NCBI RefSeq assembly: GCF_036588685.1
Contig: NC_086381.1
Span: forward strand, 49,600,001-49,664,000
Reading direction: 5' to 3'
Length of the DNA stretch: 64,000 bases
Source: Mytilus trossulus
Lineage: Eukaryota
Below, one piece after another: positions 27,978 to 41,989 of this stretch. The notes beneath the pieces are model-generated. The model saw nothing but the letters and a program-made list of their open reading frames with translations, searched no databases and had not been told where the DNA came from. The position numbers were made by a program, and so were the translations under genes. The number at the start of each line of letters is the position of its first letter. The stretch's first letter is position 1.

Positions 27978-29714
27978 CACTCCGACACACTCTCATGAAA
28001 AAATTCCACAGTAGTAGTATTTACTTACGAAAACGCCAAAGCCTAGTTTAAAAGGACATGATAGCTAAATAAAAACATCCAGTCAATATAAGCTCTAGAA
28101 AGATTTTAAGTCTAATGTACGAACCATTCGATTTGAGGAGGTAGTCTAAGGTATTTGAGAGAGAAAAACCTGACTCTGATTTTTGTTTTATCAAGAATTC
28201 TTGCCGTATCTGGATTTAAAATAATAATCTTGTCCACTTTTGTGCTAACAGGAACGGAAATGTCCAACAAAATTAATTAGCGTTAAATGAACATGATGAA
28301 TAAAAGATCTGCGCATTTATTTTAGACCGGGGTTTAGATATAACCTCCTTGGTATGCCTGACCGGAACGTGTGTTTCGCAGAACTGATATATTGAATACT
28401 TTTTGAAAGACCAGACTGAAACCTGCCTGCTGACTGACACTTTTATGTGTTACTTTGTAGACGGTCATTCATAAATTCGTTGTCATTTCAGACTCTTTTG
28501 CAGACATTGGTTGATTTTGGTGACCTTCACTTCTCCTAATTTTGTTGGGCGAAACATATTAATCAAACATTTGGATAAAAATTGCTTGTTTGACTTTTTT
28601 AGCTTGTGTCGGTTATTGTAAATTTCATCGAATAGCCCGACGTACTTCTTTTTTGCGAGGTAATGTTAATGTAATACACAACAAACGAGACTGTTTTATG
28701 TCTACTTTTTACTGACAAGTCCCACGTCAAATATTTAAGTACATAGCTTTGAATTCATACTATCACTTTATGATAGACAATTAATCGGGGAGAATACAGC
28801 ATGACAAATTTCCAATCCTTACATTTTTATACAGCAATTATAGAATATACATGTCTCACGCCAAGTTTGGTTTAAAAAGTGCGTTTAACACTTATTTTTT
28901 GTTTTTAGCCTACAAAAGGTCCAACAAATGTTACGCCTCGCTTCGCCCGGCAATCTTTAAGAACTTTGACCCACCTTTTCAAATTTCGGGATCTGCGCCT
29001 GCGGCATCTAATAAGAATGTACGTATTCTTATGTTAATATAATGGACCTAGTGGTATCTAACACGAAGGTAAATAGTGCTATGTTATTATAATGCACATA
29101 GTGTTTTGTTTATGAAAGTACTATGCTAAAAGTACTTAGTGCTTTGCTAAAAGAATGTATATGATACAATAAGGATACAGTTTTTCAAGCTTTCTCAAAT
29201 GCATCTGACTAGTAAGTAAGGGCACAGTTAAAAAAAAAAATTTGTCACTTTATGATTTATATGACGCTTTACATGAAAGAACTGCTGTTGTGAATTCAAC
29301 TAACTTCTGAGTAAATAATTATAGACATGTTAAGAAACAACTCGCCTCATTATTCCCCTCCACAACTTAAATAAAAAAGTAATTGGCCTATAATTAGATA
29401 GTATTTCATTTTCAAATAAAAAGCTATTGCAACAATTTTATAGTCTTTCATCTAACTGGAAATTGATACTATTGTAGGGAATTATCACGTATTATTTTGA
29501 AAAGAATGTCTATTTTTTCGGGACTAATTTTTAGCATTTTATATCTGATGACATCTCGAGCTTATTCCGTATCAGGATAAAAAAAAATATATTATAAACT
29601 GTTTATTTTTAATAAGACTTATTACCTATCGATCGGAACGGCGTATGAAAGTCTTAGAAAAAATGACTTACTCTCTCTGGATAGATTCAGTCGATTAAGA
29701 CTTGGTCAGTACAA

Positions 29715-30375
29715 AATGATCGTTTCAGATTTCAGAAATTATTTAAAAAGTGATAAATGACAGTTTCAAAGTGAAATCTCTTTACTAGTGCTTAATGACC
29801 GTTTCAAACTGAAATCTTTTTACAAGTGCTTAATGACCGTTTCAAACTGAAATCTTGTTACTAGTGCTTAATGATCGTTTCAGACTAAAAATTTGTTACT
29901 AGTGCTTAATGATCGTTTCAGACTGAAATCTTGTTACTAGTGCTTAATGACCATTGCAGACTAATACCTTGTTACTAATGTTAAATGAGTATTTCTGATT
30001 GAAATCTTGTAACAAGCGCAGTTAATAACCGTTTCAGACTGAAATCTTTTTACTAGTGCTTAATGACCGTTTCAAACTGAAATCTTGTTACTAGTGCTTA
30101 ATGATCGTTTCAGACTGAAATCTTGTTACTTGTGCTTAATGACCGTTTCAGACTGAAATCTTGTTACTAAAGCCTAATGATCGTTTCAGAGTGAAATCTT
30201 GTTACTAGTGCTAAATGATCATTTCGAATTGAAATCTTCTTACTAGTTCTTAATGACCGTTTCAGACTGAAATATTGTTACTAGTGGTAAATGACTGTTT
30301 CAGACTGATATCTTGTTACCAAATTAAAATGCTTAATCACCATTTCAGACTGAAATCTTGTTACTAGTGCCAAAT
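29715..30375. repeat. 38-bp minisatellite, ~17 copies
   Basis: aatgaccgtttcagactgaaatcttgttactagtgctt, period 38 (29794 to 29832). Confidence 0.92.
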
Positions 30376-30539
30376 CATTTAAATTCTGGAATTAAAATAC
30401 CTTTCTCCTTTAAAAAAAAGAAATCAGACTATTTTTCAACATATTACATTTCTCGTCGTCTCCTTGCACTCATCTTTCAATGCTTTCATTGCGAATAATA
30501 CTAATAAATTGCACTCTAACTGCTGGGCCATTCACGTTA

Positions 30540-30700
30540 CGCCTACAATAGTGTATACGTGCTATAGTGGAGGCGTGCTTTTATATGCATGCTATGTTGT
30601 AGGCGTGATAATATATGTGTGCTATAGTGTAGGCGTGCTATTATAGGCGTGCTATAATGGAGGCGTATTATAGTGTAGGCGTGCTATTGTAGGCGTTGCA
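30540..30700. repeat. Short degenerate tandem repeat (tagtgtaggcgtgcta)
   Basis: Recurrent taggcgtgcta motif. Confidence 0.7.
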
Positions 30701-31867
30701 TGATTGGCCGAGTAGTAACGACTAATTAAATTTGGGTAAATCATCAAGACATTTATTTGTTTTGATCAGTATTTTCATTTTTTAAGTAGGTCACGTTATA
30801 TATATATGAGACTCGGAACCGTGATAGTACCGTTTAGTGGAAGATGTTCACGGGGTGTACATTATCGCTCATTACGCCGATGGAAAAAATCGCCAAAATA
30901 AATTCTGCCCATTTGAAAGAGTACAAGCAAAGGTATAATTGATAAAAGTTTTGAAGCCTCCAAAATAATAACCGCCAAACGTTTCGTAAACCCTTTCATT
31001 GAAAATAGAGAAATTTTTCATCCGCGAAAATAACACGCAATACGGTACACCGAACCAAGATGTACATGCTGAGGTGCGATGATTTGAAGCTTAACTGGTC
31101 AACATAAACTTTACAAGTCGACGAAGACGTCAATTTTTTGTAAAAACAAATTTTCGGATTTAATTTCTATGGGATGTTTCACCGAACAGCAAGCTATAAA
31201 GAGCCACTAAACGGACTAGTGTCAAATCTTTCAGACAGAAAACAAACGGTCTAATCTACATAAAAAAGATCACTTATCAACGACAAACGATAACCACTGA
31301 ATAACAGGGTCCTGACCTAGGACAGATGTAGTTAAATGGTCCGGATTTAAACGTTTTAATAGGTACCAACCTTCAACCTAGCCTGAAACACAATGTGACA
31401 TAACAAAATAGAGTGACGCATTTAAAAATGTCAATTGAGATGGCTTAACTTAATCGAAAAACATATTTACACAAACAAGTGAACATACAATGAATGAATA
31501 AAAGTACATACGATTCAGCAAGCAATCAACCAAATTTCTTTATTCTTAATGTTGTGTTCTTTTGTCATTATGAGTTATTCTGTTTACTTCAGCTCCTTTC
31601 TATTAAAGAAGTACTGTATTTCAATGTGCTACAAATAAAAAGACATATGACCGTTCTCAATTTTATTCTTTAAAAAGCAATTTTCTTTATCAGTTAATGT
31701 TTAACATGATTATTAAACTAATTTTAGTAATGGCAAAACTTTAAATCATGCTTGAATCCTACAGACATTTTCTGGAATAGAACATTTGTATGTGACTAAT
31801 GATTATCAATCATATCTGAACCTAACCAATACTGAAAGCAAGAAATACTATCATCTTAATAATTCAC

Positions 31868-32954
31868 AACAAGAGGCTGTCAGAGCGACAGAAAATTAGA
31901 TTTATTCATATTTATTCGTGTCCTGGCATTTTTCAATATCACAAGAACCATAACTGATGAACGGCGAAAGACAAAATCTTCAATACTCGACTTGACCTCC
32001 ATTTTGTCAGCAGTAACAACAAATTAAAATTTGAAAAGCTTTGGTTGAATGGTTCATGAGTAAATGAACAAAATGACTAGTAACACAATTGTTTAATCTT
32101 TCAAGAACCATAACTCCTGAACAGAAACAGTGGGAATCGCCTTTATTAAACTTGACCACCATTTTGTCATCAGCAACAACATATTAAAATTGTAAAATCT
32201 TTGGTTGACCAGTTCATGCGTAAATATGCACGGACAGGACTAGAAACGCCATTTTTCAATCTTTCAAGAACCATAACTCCAGAATTGTACAAGTCAAAAT
32301 CGTCATTATTGTACTTGACCTGTGTTTTGTTGTCAGCAACAACATATTAAAATTTCAAAAGCTTTGGTTAAACGGTGCACGTGTTACTGCATGGACAGGA
32401 CTGAAAATGCCATTTTTCTACCTTTAAAGAACCATAACTCCAGAACCGTAAAAGTTAAAATCTTCATTATTAAACTTGACCTCCATTCTGTTGTCAGTAA
32501 AAACATATTAAAATTTTAAAAGCTTTGTTTGAATGATTCATGAGTAAATGCACGGACAGGACTGGAAATGCCATTTTCAATCTTTCAAGAACCATAACTC
32601 AACAACCGTAAAAGTCAAAATCGTCATAATGAACTTGACCTGTGTTTTGTTGTCAGTAACAACATATTGAAATTTCAAAAACTTTGGTAAAACGGTTCAC
32701 GAGTTAATGCACAGATAGCAGTGGAAACGCCATTTTTCAATCTTTCAAGAACAATAACTCAAGAACCGTAAGAGTCAAAAAAGTCATTATTGAACTTGAC
32801 CTCCTTTTTGTTGTCAGTAACAACATAATAAACTTTTAAAAGCTTTGGTTGAACGGTTCATGAGTCAATGTACGGACAACATTTGGCTGCCGCCCGCCAG
32901 TCGTACATCCCCAAAACAATAACCAACATTTTTGTCACAAAAATCCGGTAAAAA
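31868..32954 (+). mobile_element. Helentron/pearl-like element carrying about 6 tandem ~160-bp core repeats
   Basis: aacaagaggctgtc start; tcaagaaccataactc every ~160 bp; (GCCC)n-like tract; terminal tttttgtcacaaaaa hairpin. Confidence 0.7.
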
Positions 32955-32999
32955 TCGAACCCCCTCAAACTTTTTCAGGTAATTCCCTTTCTTTTACTT

Positions 33000-34440
33000 T
33001 TACTTTTTACGAATTAGCGAATCCAGATTTCAAAAATATCAGTCATTCCATCATGGAAACTTAACATTATCATTATCTACGAAAAGATCATTAAAATGAG
33101 GTCGCAGTCAGATTAACCTTGCTAGACGTACACATGACAGATTCCGATTGTGGATTTTGAAAAAAGAGGTTGAGTCTTGCGAATACCTTACCAATCTTTT
33201 CGTAACCCAAATATACTGGTTCGTTTGCTCATCATAAGTACGAGAAACTGACCAATATGAAAATATTAACCATTGACCGATGAACCATTAAACTTTACGG
33301 GGGAAAAAATGAGGTCAAAGTGATATGAGCCCTACCAAACAACATGTATATTCCTTACAATTATTCCATACACCAAATATAATTTAAGTACTGATTAAAG
33401 CTTAATTAACTGACGTAAACTGTTATCACAGAGATATGTCTCGCTTTTTTGTAATTTAGATAATGCAAATGTTGAAATTAAAAAAGCAACACTTGAACAT
33501 GTAAGGTTTGCAAATATGTTTAAAGTCATTGAACCATAACTGAAGGTACAATGGCTGAACAATCTCCATGGAAATGATATGTACCAATGATAATACAACT
33601 ACATACCAAATACAATTGACATACCACTAGTGTTTCTCCATAAGCCAAATTAATCACAAACTAATATATAAAAACTAAGCAAAAGTTTTAAAGTCAATCA
33701 ACTATGACTGAAGCGGCGGGGCCAAATTATATCCATGGAAATCAGATATGTCAATGCTTAAAGACCTGCATACCAATTATCATTAACTTACCACAAGTGG
33801 TTCCTTATAAAGTGACCTAATCACAAAATAATACATGAAAAATAAGCAAAAGTTTCAAGGTCAATAGTCCATAACTGAGGGGCGGGGCAAAATAATCGCC
33901 ATGGTAATGAGATGTGCCAATACTAATACAACTTCCTACCAGATATATTTGACTTACCACTAGTTGCTCACTATAAAACCTTATCACAAACTAATACATT
34001 GTTCAATCCGCCGGAATCAGCATACCTATGTCTCGCTTTTTTTACTCTATCATGCGAGACAAAAATCATGAAAACTTTTCACTGTCTAATGAATTCAGAG
34101 CTGGAGGTCAAGGTCAGAAAAAATTGTCAGACAGATATGTACAATGTATTACTTACAATCATTCTACACACCAAATATAGTGGCCTTTTTGCTTATAGTA
34201 ACTTAAAAATAGACTAGAACACAAAAACTGATAATTATTCAATATACCATATGGGGTCAAGGTTACAGTACACTGTCAGTCTGACATGCTCACCTTACAA
34301 TCATTCAATGCATAAAAAAGTTCACTTATTACTCATAGCATCTGAGCAATAATTTTGACTACGAAAACATGATATGAGGACGATGTAATGTTAATCTTGT
34401 CTGACAGACACGTTGCCATTGCAAAGAACCCTTTTCAAGG
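33000..34440 (+). repeat. Degenerate Helentron-associated satellite-like repeats (aaggtca / cataccaaatat motifs)
   Basis: Repeated aaggtcaa...ccatggaaatgagat...cataccaaata...cttaccactagt units; ctcgc..gcgagacaaaaa terminus at ~34030-34065. Confidence 0.5.
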
Positions 34441-36799
34441 TAACATCAAACAATCTTAATTAAAAATTATATTTTCGGCCTCATTCAGATATTTCAAACA
34501 TTTTTCGTTAACACAATGTCAAACCTTGCAATTCAAAATATGATAAAAGAAGACATATATCCTAAGTAAATATAATGTTGTGATCTGAAACTACAATTTG
34601 AGTTATCATCAGACTCAAACTGGGAATACATTATCTAAAACATGTATGGTCGTATTTTTACATGAGCTTTGGGGCTCCACTTCCTAACATTTTTATTTTT
34701 TAGTTATTTTTTATATAAAAAAGTAGATGTGGTATGATTGCCAATGAGACAACTATCTACAAAAGACCAAAATGACACAAACAATAACAACTATAGGTCA
34801 CCGTACGGCCTTCAAAGTTTTTAGAAGATTAGATATTTTGACTTCTTTCTTTTTGTTTGTTTGAGGCAATGAATTCAATATTAAAATCGTTTGTAGAAAA
34901 ATGTCAAATAATAGCTATTTTAATTCTTTGTCAAATTCTAAGTATTCTAGATAATCTCTTTTAAAATTAACTTATAAAAGTTGGGTGACATGACCACAGT
35001 GAAATTCTTTTATTTATAAATTAATTCAAAACTCATTTCTATTAAAACTATAGTAAAAATATGTAAAAGATCAATAAGAAAAGTGATGGTGCATTTTTCC
35101 CTATCACAAATAATGCCCTTTTATTGTTTCCCTGATAGGAGGATGGAGTGGAGCTACATGATTAAATAAGTTCAAATATTGTTTTGAATTTTTGTCAGAT
35201 TTTCGGAATCCTCTGGTTTTATCCGTTTGAATGCCTTAAAAGTTTTGCCCATTGACCCCATTTTTCTTTTTGTAAATCTTTTGTATGCATATTTATAAGC
35301 CATTTGTAAAAGTCTTATAACATTTTATTTATTTTTTAATTAGTTTTTGAGAACTTTAACTTGTTAATGGTAAAGCTATGAAAAATCAAGAGAGAACATT
35401 TTCACGTTAAAATTGGAATGGCTAAATAAATATATCATGAAAACAAGCACATTGCACTCTATATTTTTTTTTATCCTTATTTAATCCTCTATAAATATAC
35501 AGTTGTATACTAGTTTTATGAAATGCTATTTATTTTGAAACTGAGTAGCGAACTTTCTTTAAAAGAAATATTTAACTAAATACACTGTTGTTATATGTTT
35601 CACATGACGGAGGGTACGGGGCATATACATGTACAATATGTAACAATGATAATACCGACACATGACGGAAGGTACGGGGCATATGCAAGCTATACCAATG
35701 ATAATACAACTGCAAATGTACAAATAAACTTACCTAGTCACAATTAAAACTGTAAACTATGCAAAAAATTCAAAGATTGTAGACCATGTATGTGCGTTTG
35801 GGCCAAATAATTTCCATGGAAACGAATGTTCCCAATTGAATAATTACGCAACTGTATTCAAAATATCAGTTTCAAATTTCTAAAATGCTGTTTTACTTTC
35901 TTTATAGTAAACAGCTCAACAGAAATTACTGACAGACACAGACTTTAACTCTACTGGTATTCCTTATCGATGTTCAACATAAAATGTTTGAAAGAATTGC
36001 AAACTTTAATCCGAATGGAAACAATATACATGCACAGGGGGTTTGAAATATAGCATCTCACATGCAGTTGATTTGACCTTGGTTAGGGAAAAAAGACAAT
36101 AGATTTGTATATTAAAAAATAAATAACATTTCTCTTTAAAGTATAATTTGACTGATTTCTTGCTTGACTCTCTCTCTCTCTGTTAAAGACTTAATGTATA
36201 CTCAGGACAATCTAATCAGTAGAGATAAAAGTCTCCGTGGGAGAAAGTAATTTTCAAAAAAAGGTACCCGCCTTCAAATCATAAATTAAATTGTACTAAA
36301 AAAAAACGCCTCCGACAGTGAATGGGACATTTGCTCTTCGCCACCAACGATCCCTGATTTGGTAAAATTTGACAATCCGTATTAAATTATATACTTTTCC
36401 GTTTGGTGCCACTTTATAAAAATATCAATATACTGGTTTTTAACTGCAATTGACCTATAAGGATAAAAGTACTCAAGTATTTCTTCAATATTTATAAGCT
36501 TTTAGCCTTTTCTATATAATAGCCAATGGAAGCTTATCGATTTTTTCATTCTATTGTCTAAAACGAATCTAACAAAGTTCATTAGTCACGACTTGTAAAA
36601 TTAAAATCTAAATATAGATGGATAAATAAAACAAATGTCACCATGGGAAACTTTGAATTTACTATTAAAAATGGTTTTTTTCCGGGAATTCTGGTAATCT
36701 AAAGTTTTGCGTCTTTTAAACTTTCGAAATCACATAATTAAATATTTTGAGCCTTGTGTGTATGTCCTTTTAAATCCTCACAAGAGAGTGCGTAATATC

Positions 36800-36943
36800 C
36801 AGGGGCGGATCCAGCCATTTTAAAGGGGGGAGGGTCTCAACCCAGAGTAAAGGGGCATTTCAACTTTATGCTCCCATTCAAATGCATTAACCGGCCAAAA
36901 TAAGGGGGGTTACAATCACCGGACCCCCCTGGATACGCCAATG
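36800..36943. mobile_element. Small MITE
   Basis: TIRs caggggcggatccag / ctggatacgccaatg; atatc on both flanks. Confidence 0.65.
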
Positions 36944-38109
36944 ATATCATATACATATATACATGTATCTGTAATATGAGTCATACATTTGTCGAAATTC
37001 AATATCAGATAGTCATCTGTGTCATATCCAAGATTCAAGAGTAAATGAAAAAAGGATCAAAAGTCGTGTTTTTCAATAAATAACCAAAAATGAAAATAAT
37101 CAGGGATAGAATGAAGGAATAAATATTTACCTTGTGTGTGATGTTGTTCGAACATTTTCCGATTTAATTAAGTCATATTCATCTTAAAACATGGCTGGCT
37201 AATATGGCTATTTAAAAGACTGGATATCGCAAAACAATAAACCAATGAAAACCCACAAAAAAAGACACACCCTTTACACTAAAACTACTCACAACATTCG
37301 TTTGACCACAATCTTTTGAATCAATTAACTTTTGATCAATTAGAAAAAAAGTAGCCTACGGACAAAATATATAATAAAGATTGAACATTCGTTTTAATTC
37401 TAAATAAGAAGGACTTAAAATATTTCTTGATAGATACATTGTATATGTTTAACAACATACATGTATAGACCAATGGAAGTTTCAAAAACGAACTTACCGG
37501 TGAACTTATAGTTAACGGGCGATCACCTTATATATATATATTGAGCTCAATACGGCACCCGGAAATTAATGTATCACTTAAAATAAAATCGTCTATTCTG
37601 TTCTATTCTATGACGCGAACTACTTCGGGAGTCCATAAATGTCAAGTTGCAAGTGGAAATGTTCGGACTTACTTCCGACAACGATAAATCATAGTCCTGG
37701 CCTTACGCAAAATGAGGGGGGGGATAGGTGCCAATGCAAGGACTCCTATGATTGAACTAAATATATTGTTAGTGTATATACTGCTCTCGTGTCCTACTCC
37801 AATCGTTCCCTAGTTTGGGGGCCCAATAACAACGTACTCTTGTATCAAAATCATAATGACCATACGTATAGTTAAGTTCTAGTTTAGAATGTGCATGTTG
37901 CATATTGAGGGTGAAAAATGCGTATAAGGTTTCTACCAATTAGAAAGTCTAAGACTGGTTGTTTTACCACCCCTGAATAGGTAAGTTAATTCCAGGCCGA
38001 ACACTTGGCTAGTTTGACGGAAAACATAAAAAGATTACGACAATGCTTTCGCAACTTGCAGAGAGAGTTATATTCATCATACACGGAGATGGAAAATGAT
38101 TTATTAACA

Positions 38110-39203
38110 TTTATAGTTCATGGATGTTAACAAATATGCTCAAACTTAATCAAGATAAAACCGAACTTATCATTTTCACACCGAGGCATCTGAAGGCAAG
38201 TGTACCAAATCTCCAACTCAAAGTCGGCAATACAGTGATAAGTAGTGTATCCTGTGTGAAAAACCTGGGTGTATACTTTGATCAACACCTTACGATGGAA
38301 CGGCAAGTTTCTGCCATAGTAAAATCTTGTCATCAGTAACATTGGGCGTATTCGCAGCTATATAACAACATCCGCTTGCAAGACACTAGTGAACAGTCTA
38401 GTCAAATCCAGACTTGATTATGGGAAAATTCTGCTGAACTACGATGAACAGATTACAAAAGGTACAAAATACAGCAGCTCGTCTTATCACCAGGACAAGA
38501 AAACATGAACATATTACGCCACCACTTGCCGATTTACATTGGTTTCCCGTCCAATACAGACCACAATTCAAAATACTTACGTATGTGTACTGCGCTTTGA
38601 ATGGCATTGGTCCTGCGTACATTCGGGAACTTGTCAATTTGCACGTACCAAACCGATCTCTGCGTTCAAGCACAACTAAACTACTTACCGTTCCAAAAGT
38701 GCGGACAAAGACGTACGGTGAAAGACAGTTCGATTGGGCAGCGACCTCTCTTTGGAATAATCTCACGAACAGTTTAAGACAATGCAAGTCCTGAGAGTGT
38801 TTTAAATCCAAGCTAAAAACTAATTTTTATCGCAATGCTTTTTAATCAGACTTTTTCCTTTCTCTTTTACGGGTTTTTACTAGTTTATGTAGTTTTGTAT
38901 ATATTTTTAATGCATTTTATTTGTGATTTTTGCTTGTTTTGCATGTTTTTAACGTACTAGATTGTTATTTATATTTTAATTTGTTGTTTTACAACTTTTT
39001 TAATGGACCTTTTATATTATGGTAGGCATTTTTATTTTATGTTTTATGTTAGTACTTGAATCTAACACAGAATAAAAAAAATATGTTTTTATGTTTTTGT
39101 CTTTGATTTGTCTTTATAACCATGCTGAATGTACAGCGCCTTAGAGTATTTTTTATTTTTTATATAGGGCGCTCTATAAATTTTCATTATTATTATTATT
39201 ATT
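38110..39203 (+). mobile_element. 5'-truncated L2/CR1-clade LINE
   Basis: WMLTNMLKLNQDKTELIIF...VKNLGVYFD and LQKVQNTAARLITRTRKHEHITP.L.DLHW.PV, with stops/frameshifts. The 3' end has a cagcgcc...ggcgct stem and an (ATT)n tail. Confidence 0.88.
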
Positions 39204-39637
39204 ACTATCTGTTAGTTGTCTAGATGCAAATATGTCATGATTTGGTACATGAATTTCTTATGATCGTTTAAACTTCGGTTTTATTGGCAGTTAATTGGAA
39301 TAGAAAATATTGTCAAATGTATATGCAGTGAATAAATTTGCGAAAAAGCAAGGGCACTTGTTCCCGGGATCTATCATAATTGTATCGTTTGGCTAAAAAC
39401 ACCAAATTTTTATGTTAAAGGGATTCTGACTGATAAATTTATATATATATAATGTACACAGCCATGTATCACCATCATTGATGGCGATCCGATGGACACA
39501 TATATTGTAGAGTTGTCACTGACTCAGACGTACTTATAAATATAATTATTTTCTGTGACTGTATCTTACATTAATTTGTAGGATCCTTTACTATAGATAA
39601 TTTAGCTGATCTGTAACAATAACATCTTCATGCCTTA

Positions 39638-40082
39638 TAGAATCATATTCGAAACAGTGTGGTCCTGGCCATCGATTGACGACATAAATTATCCCATTGA
39701 CTGGGACAGATTAGGTGAGCGTTTGTCGGTAACAATCACTTCTCACTATGTACTTTTTAAAGACACTGAATCTGTGGGGTCACCAAAGGTTCACAAAACC
39801 TTAATAAAGCAATTCGAAAAACGAATCCGGAATAATACGATGTGTTGATTTATATCAATAATATAAATCAAAACATAAAGGTTATTCCTGAATAATTTTT
39901 CGGATTATTTTATTATTAAAGGCGTTGAGAACCTTTGGGTACCCCACAGTTTAAATTCTATAATAAGTAAGAAGTGAGCAATGGTCGTTACAGACAAACG
40001 TTCACCTAATCTGTCACAGTCAATGGGATAATTTAGGTCGTCAATCAATGGCCAGGACCACACTGTTTTGAATATGATTCTA
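39638..40082. mobile_element. Near-fully palindromic MITE inserted at TA
   Basis: Arms of about 200 bp: tagaatcatattcgaaacagtgtggtcctggcca... / ...tggccaggaccacactgttttgaatatgattcta. Confidence 0.88.
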
Positions 40083-40174
40083 TATATATCATGTACTGTA
40101 GTACGCCGCTAGATTAAAACTGACGAGGAAAGGTAACACATGTACACGGCCAGCGAAAGCTCTATTTTTGTAGA

Positions 40175-40268
40175 GTCCAGGTGGTCGTGTGGTCTAGCGG
40201 GACGGCTGCAGTGCAGGCGATTTGCTGTCACGTTATCACAGTAGCATGGGTTCGAATCCCGGCGAGGG
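40175..40268 (+). other. tRNA-like (Pol III A-box/B-box) sequence, probably repeat-derived rather than a functional tRNA
   Basis: tggtcgtgtggtctagcg (A box/D arm) and catgggttcgaatcccgg (T arm/B box); long variable region; poor acceptor stem. Confidence 0.55.
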
Positions 40269-41205
40269 AAGAACCAAAATTTTGCGAAAGCAAATTTACA
40301 GATCTAACATTGTTGGGTTGATGTTTAGACGAGTTGTATATATATTATATATAAATTTGGAGCACTTTTCACCAAAAAACACTATGTGAAACTGGGAAAA
40401 CAATATTCAAGGACTTAGCAATTTAATTGTGTGGATACTATACAGCACAACAACAACAAAATGTGTGAATTCTATACAGCACCAAAAAACACTTTAATAA
40501 CGATCTAGTCTATGGTGCAATACAGTACTGCTATGTTCAAGGCACAACGACCTTACAGTTTCGTCCACTGGTCAATTTATTTTAAAATCATAACATGTAC
40601 ATGTATCTTCGTTCTTATCTTGAAACTATATATGCATTTGCAAATGGCGACACGCATATTGGTACGAGATCAGTATAGCAACTCACATTGTCGAAACTTG
40701 TCAACATATTTCGATCGAATTAAACCAAACACTTTATGCTATCATGCATTTTGTTTATGCTTTGGGACTTAAATTATTTCGGATCTATGTATCCGGGATC
40801 GTAATATATGTTGCCCGTTAACATAGGGAACAAGATATAGTAAATTTTCGCAGTAAGCTCACTGTAAGAACTGTGACGTGTCTGCATGTATAACGAATAA
40901 AAGTGAGAAAAAGAAATTGGGAACGTGTCAAAGAGACAACAACCCGATCAAAGAGCAGACATTAGCCGAAGGCAACCAATGAGTCTTCAATGTAGCGAGA
41001 AACTCCCGCACCCGGAGGCGTCCTTCAGCTGGTCCCTTAAAAATATGTATACTGTACAAAAATATGTAGAGCGAAGTCTGCTTAATGTTCACAATTCTAT
41101 CATATAAAAGTACGTGAATATACAATATATTTAAAGGTTAACAGTAAAGAATTCCAAAACAAAACGATACTTAATTCCAACGCTATAAAGCAAGATGTTA
41201 CTTCA

Positions 41206-41884
41206 TTCTAATATATAAAACAACTAGCTGTTACTTCCTTCTCCTCTATAAGTTACTTCATTCTCGTCTATAAGACAACTAGCTGTTACTTTGTTCTCCT
41301 CTATGAGACAACTAGGTGTTACTTCATTCTCGTCTATAAGACAACTAGCTGTGACTTCATTCTCGTCTATAAAACAACTAGCTATTACTTTATTCTCGTC
41401 TATTCTATACGACAACTAACTGTGACTTCATTCTCGTATAAAAGACAACTAGCTGTTACCTCATTCTCGTCTATAAGACAACTAGCTATTACTACATTCT
41501 CGTCTATAAGACAACTAGCTATTACTACATTCTCGTCTATAAGACAACTAGCTGTTACTTCATTCTCCTCTATAACACAACTATCTGTTACTTCATTCAC
41601 CTCTATAAAACAACTAGCTGTTACCTCATTCCCATCTATAAGGCAACGAGCTGTTACAGTAACTTCATTTTCGTCTTAAAGACAACTAGCTGTTACATCA
41701 TTCTCGTCTATACGACAACTAGCTGTTACTTCATTCTCTTCTATAAGACAACTAGCTGTTACCTCATTCTCGTCTATAAGACAACAAGCTGTTACCTCAT
41801 TCCAGTCTATAAGACAAAGAGCTGTAACTTCATTCTCGTATAAAAGACAACAAGCTGTTACTTCATTCTCGTCTATAAAACAAC
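41206..41884. repeat. 33-bp minisatellite, left block (~20 copies)
   Basis: ttacttcattctcgtctataagacaactagctg, period 33. Confidence 0.93.
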
Positions 41885-41989
41885 TACAAACTTACAAAAC
41901 CTTTGAATAGACTTATTAAGAAGGGATATAATTACGATACTGTTGTCAAGTCATTAAAGATTGCATATTTTTGCGTTAATATTGAGTCA

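Larger units (their letters stand above)
39440..40352 (+). mobile_element. (TA)n-flanked repeat with a 3'-proximal tRNA-like module, interrupted by a foldback MITE
   Basis: TA runs at both ends; A/B boxes at 40181-40260; host sequence gcctta|tatatc split by the MITE. Confidence 0.5.

Noticed and set aside
29715-30375. 38-bp repeats (and the 33-37-bp arrays) as CRISPR arrays
   Set aside because: Units abut with no unique spacers, there are no cas genes, and the context is eukaryotic.
31950-31975. ctgatga..cgaaa as another hammerhead
   Set aside because: No stem II or stems I/III; part of a satellite unit.
40118-40162. ctgacgag...cgaaag as a hammerhead
   Set aside because: Could not form stem II or a matching stem I/cleavage triplet; the GAAA is better explained as a tetraloop.
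40175-40268. Functional tRNA gene
   Set aside because: Acceptor and anticodon stems do not pair convincingly, and the sequence is embedded in a repeat.
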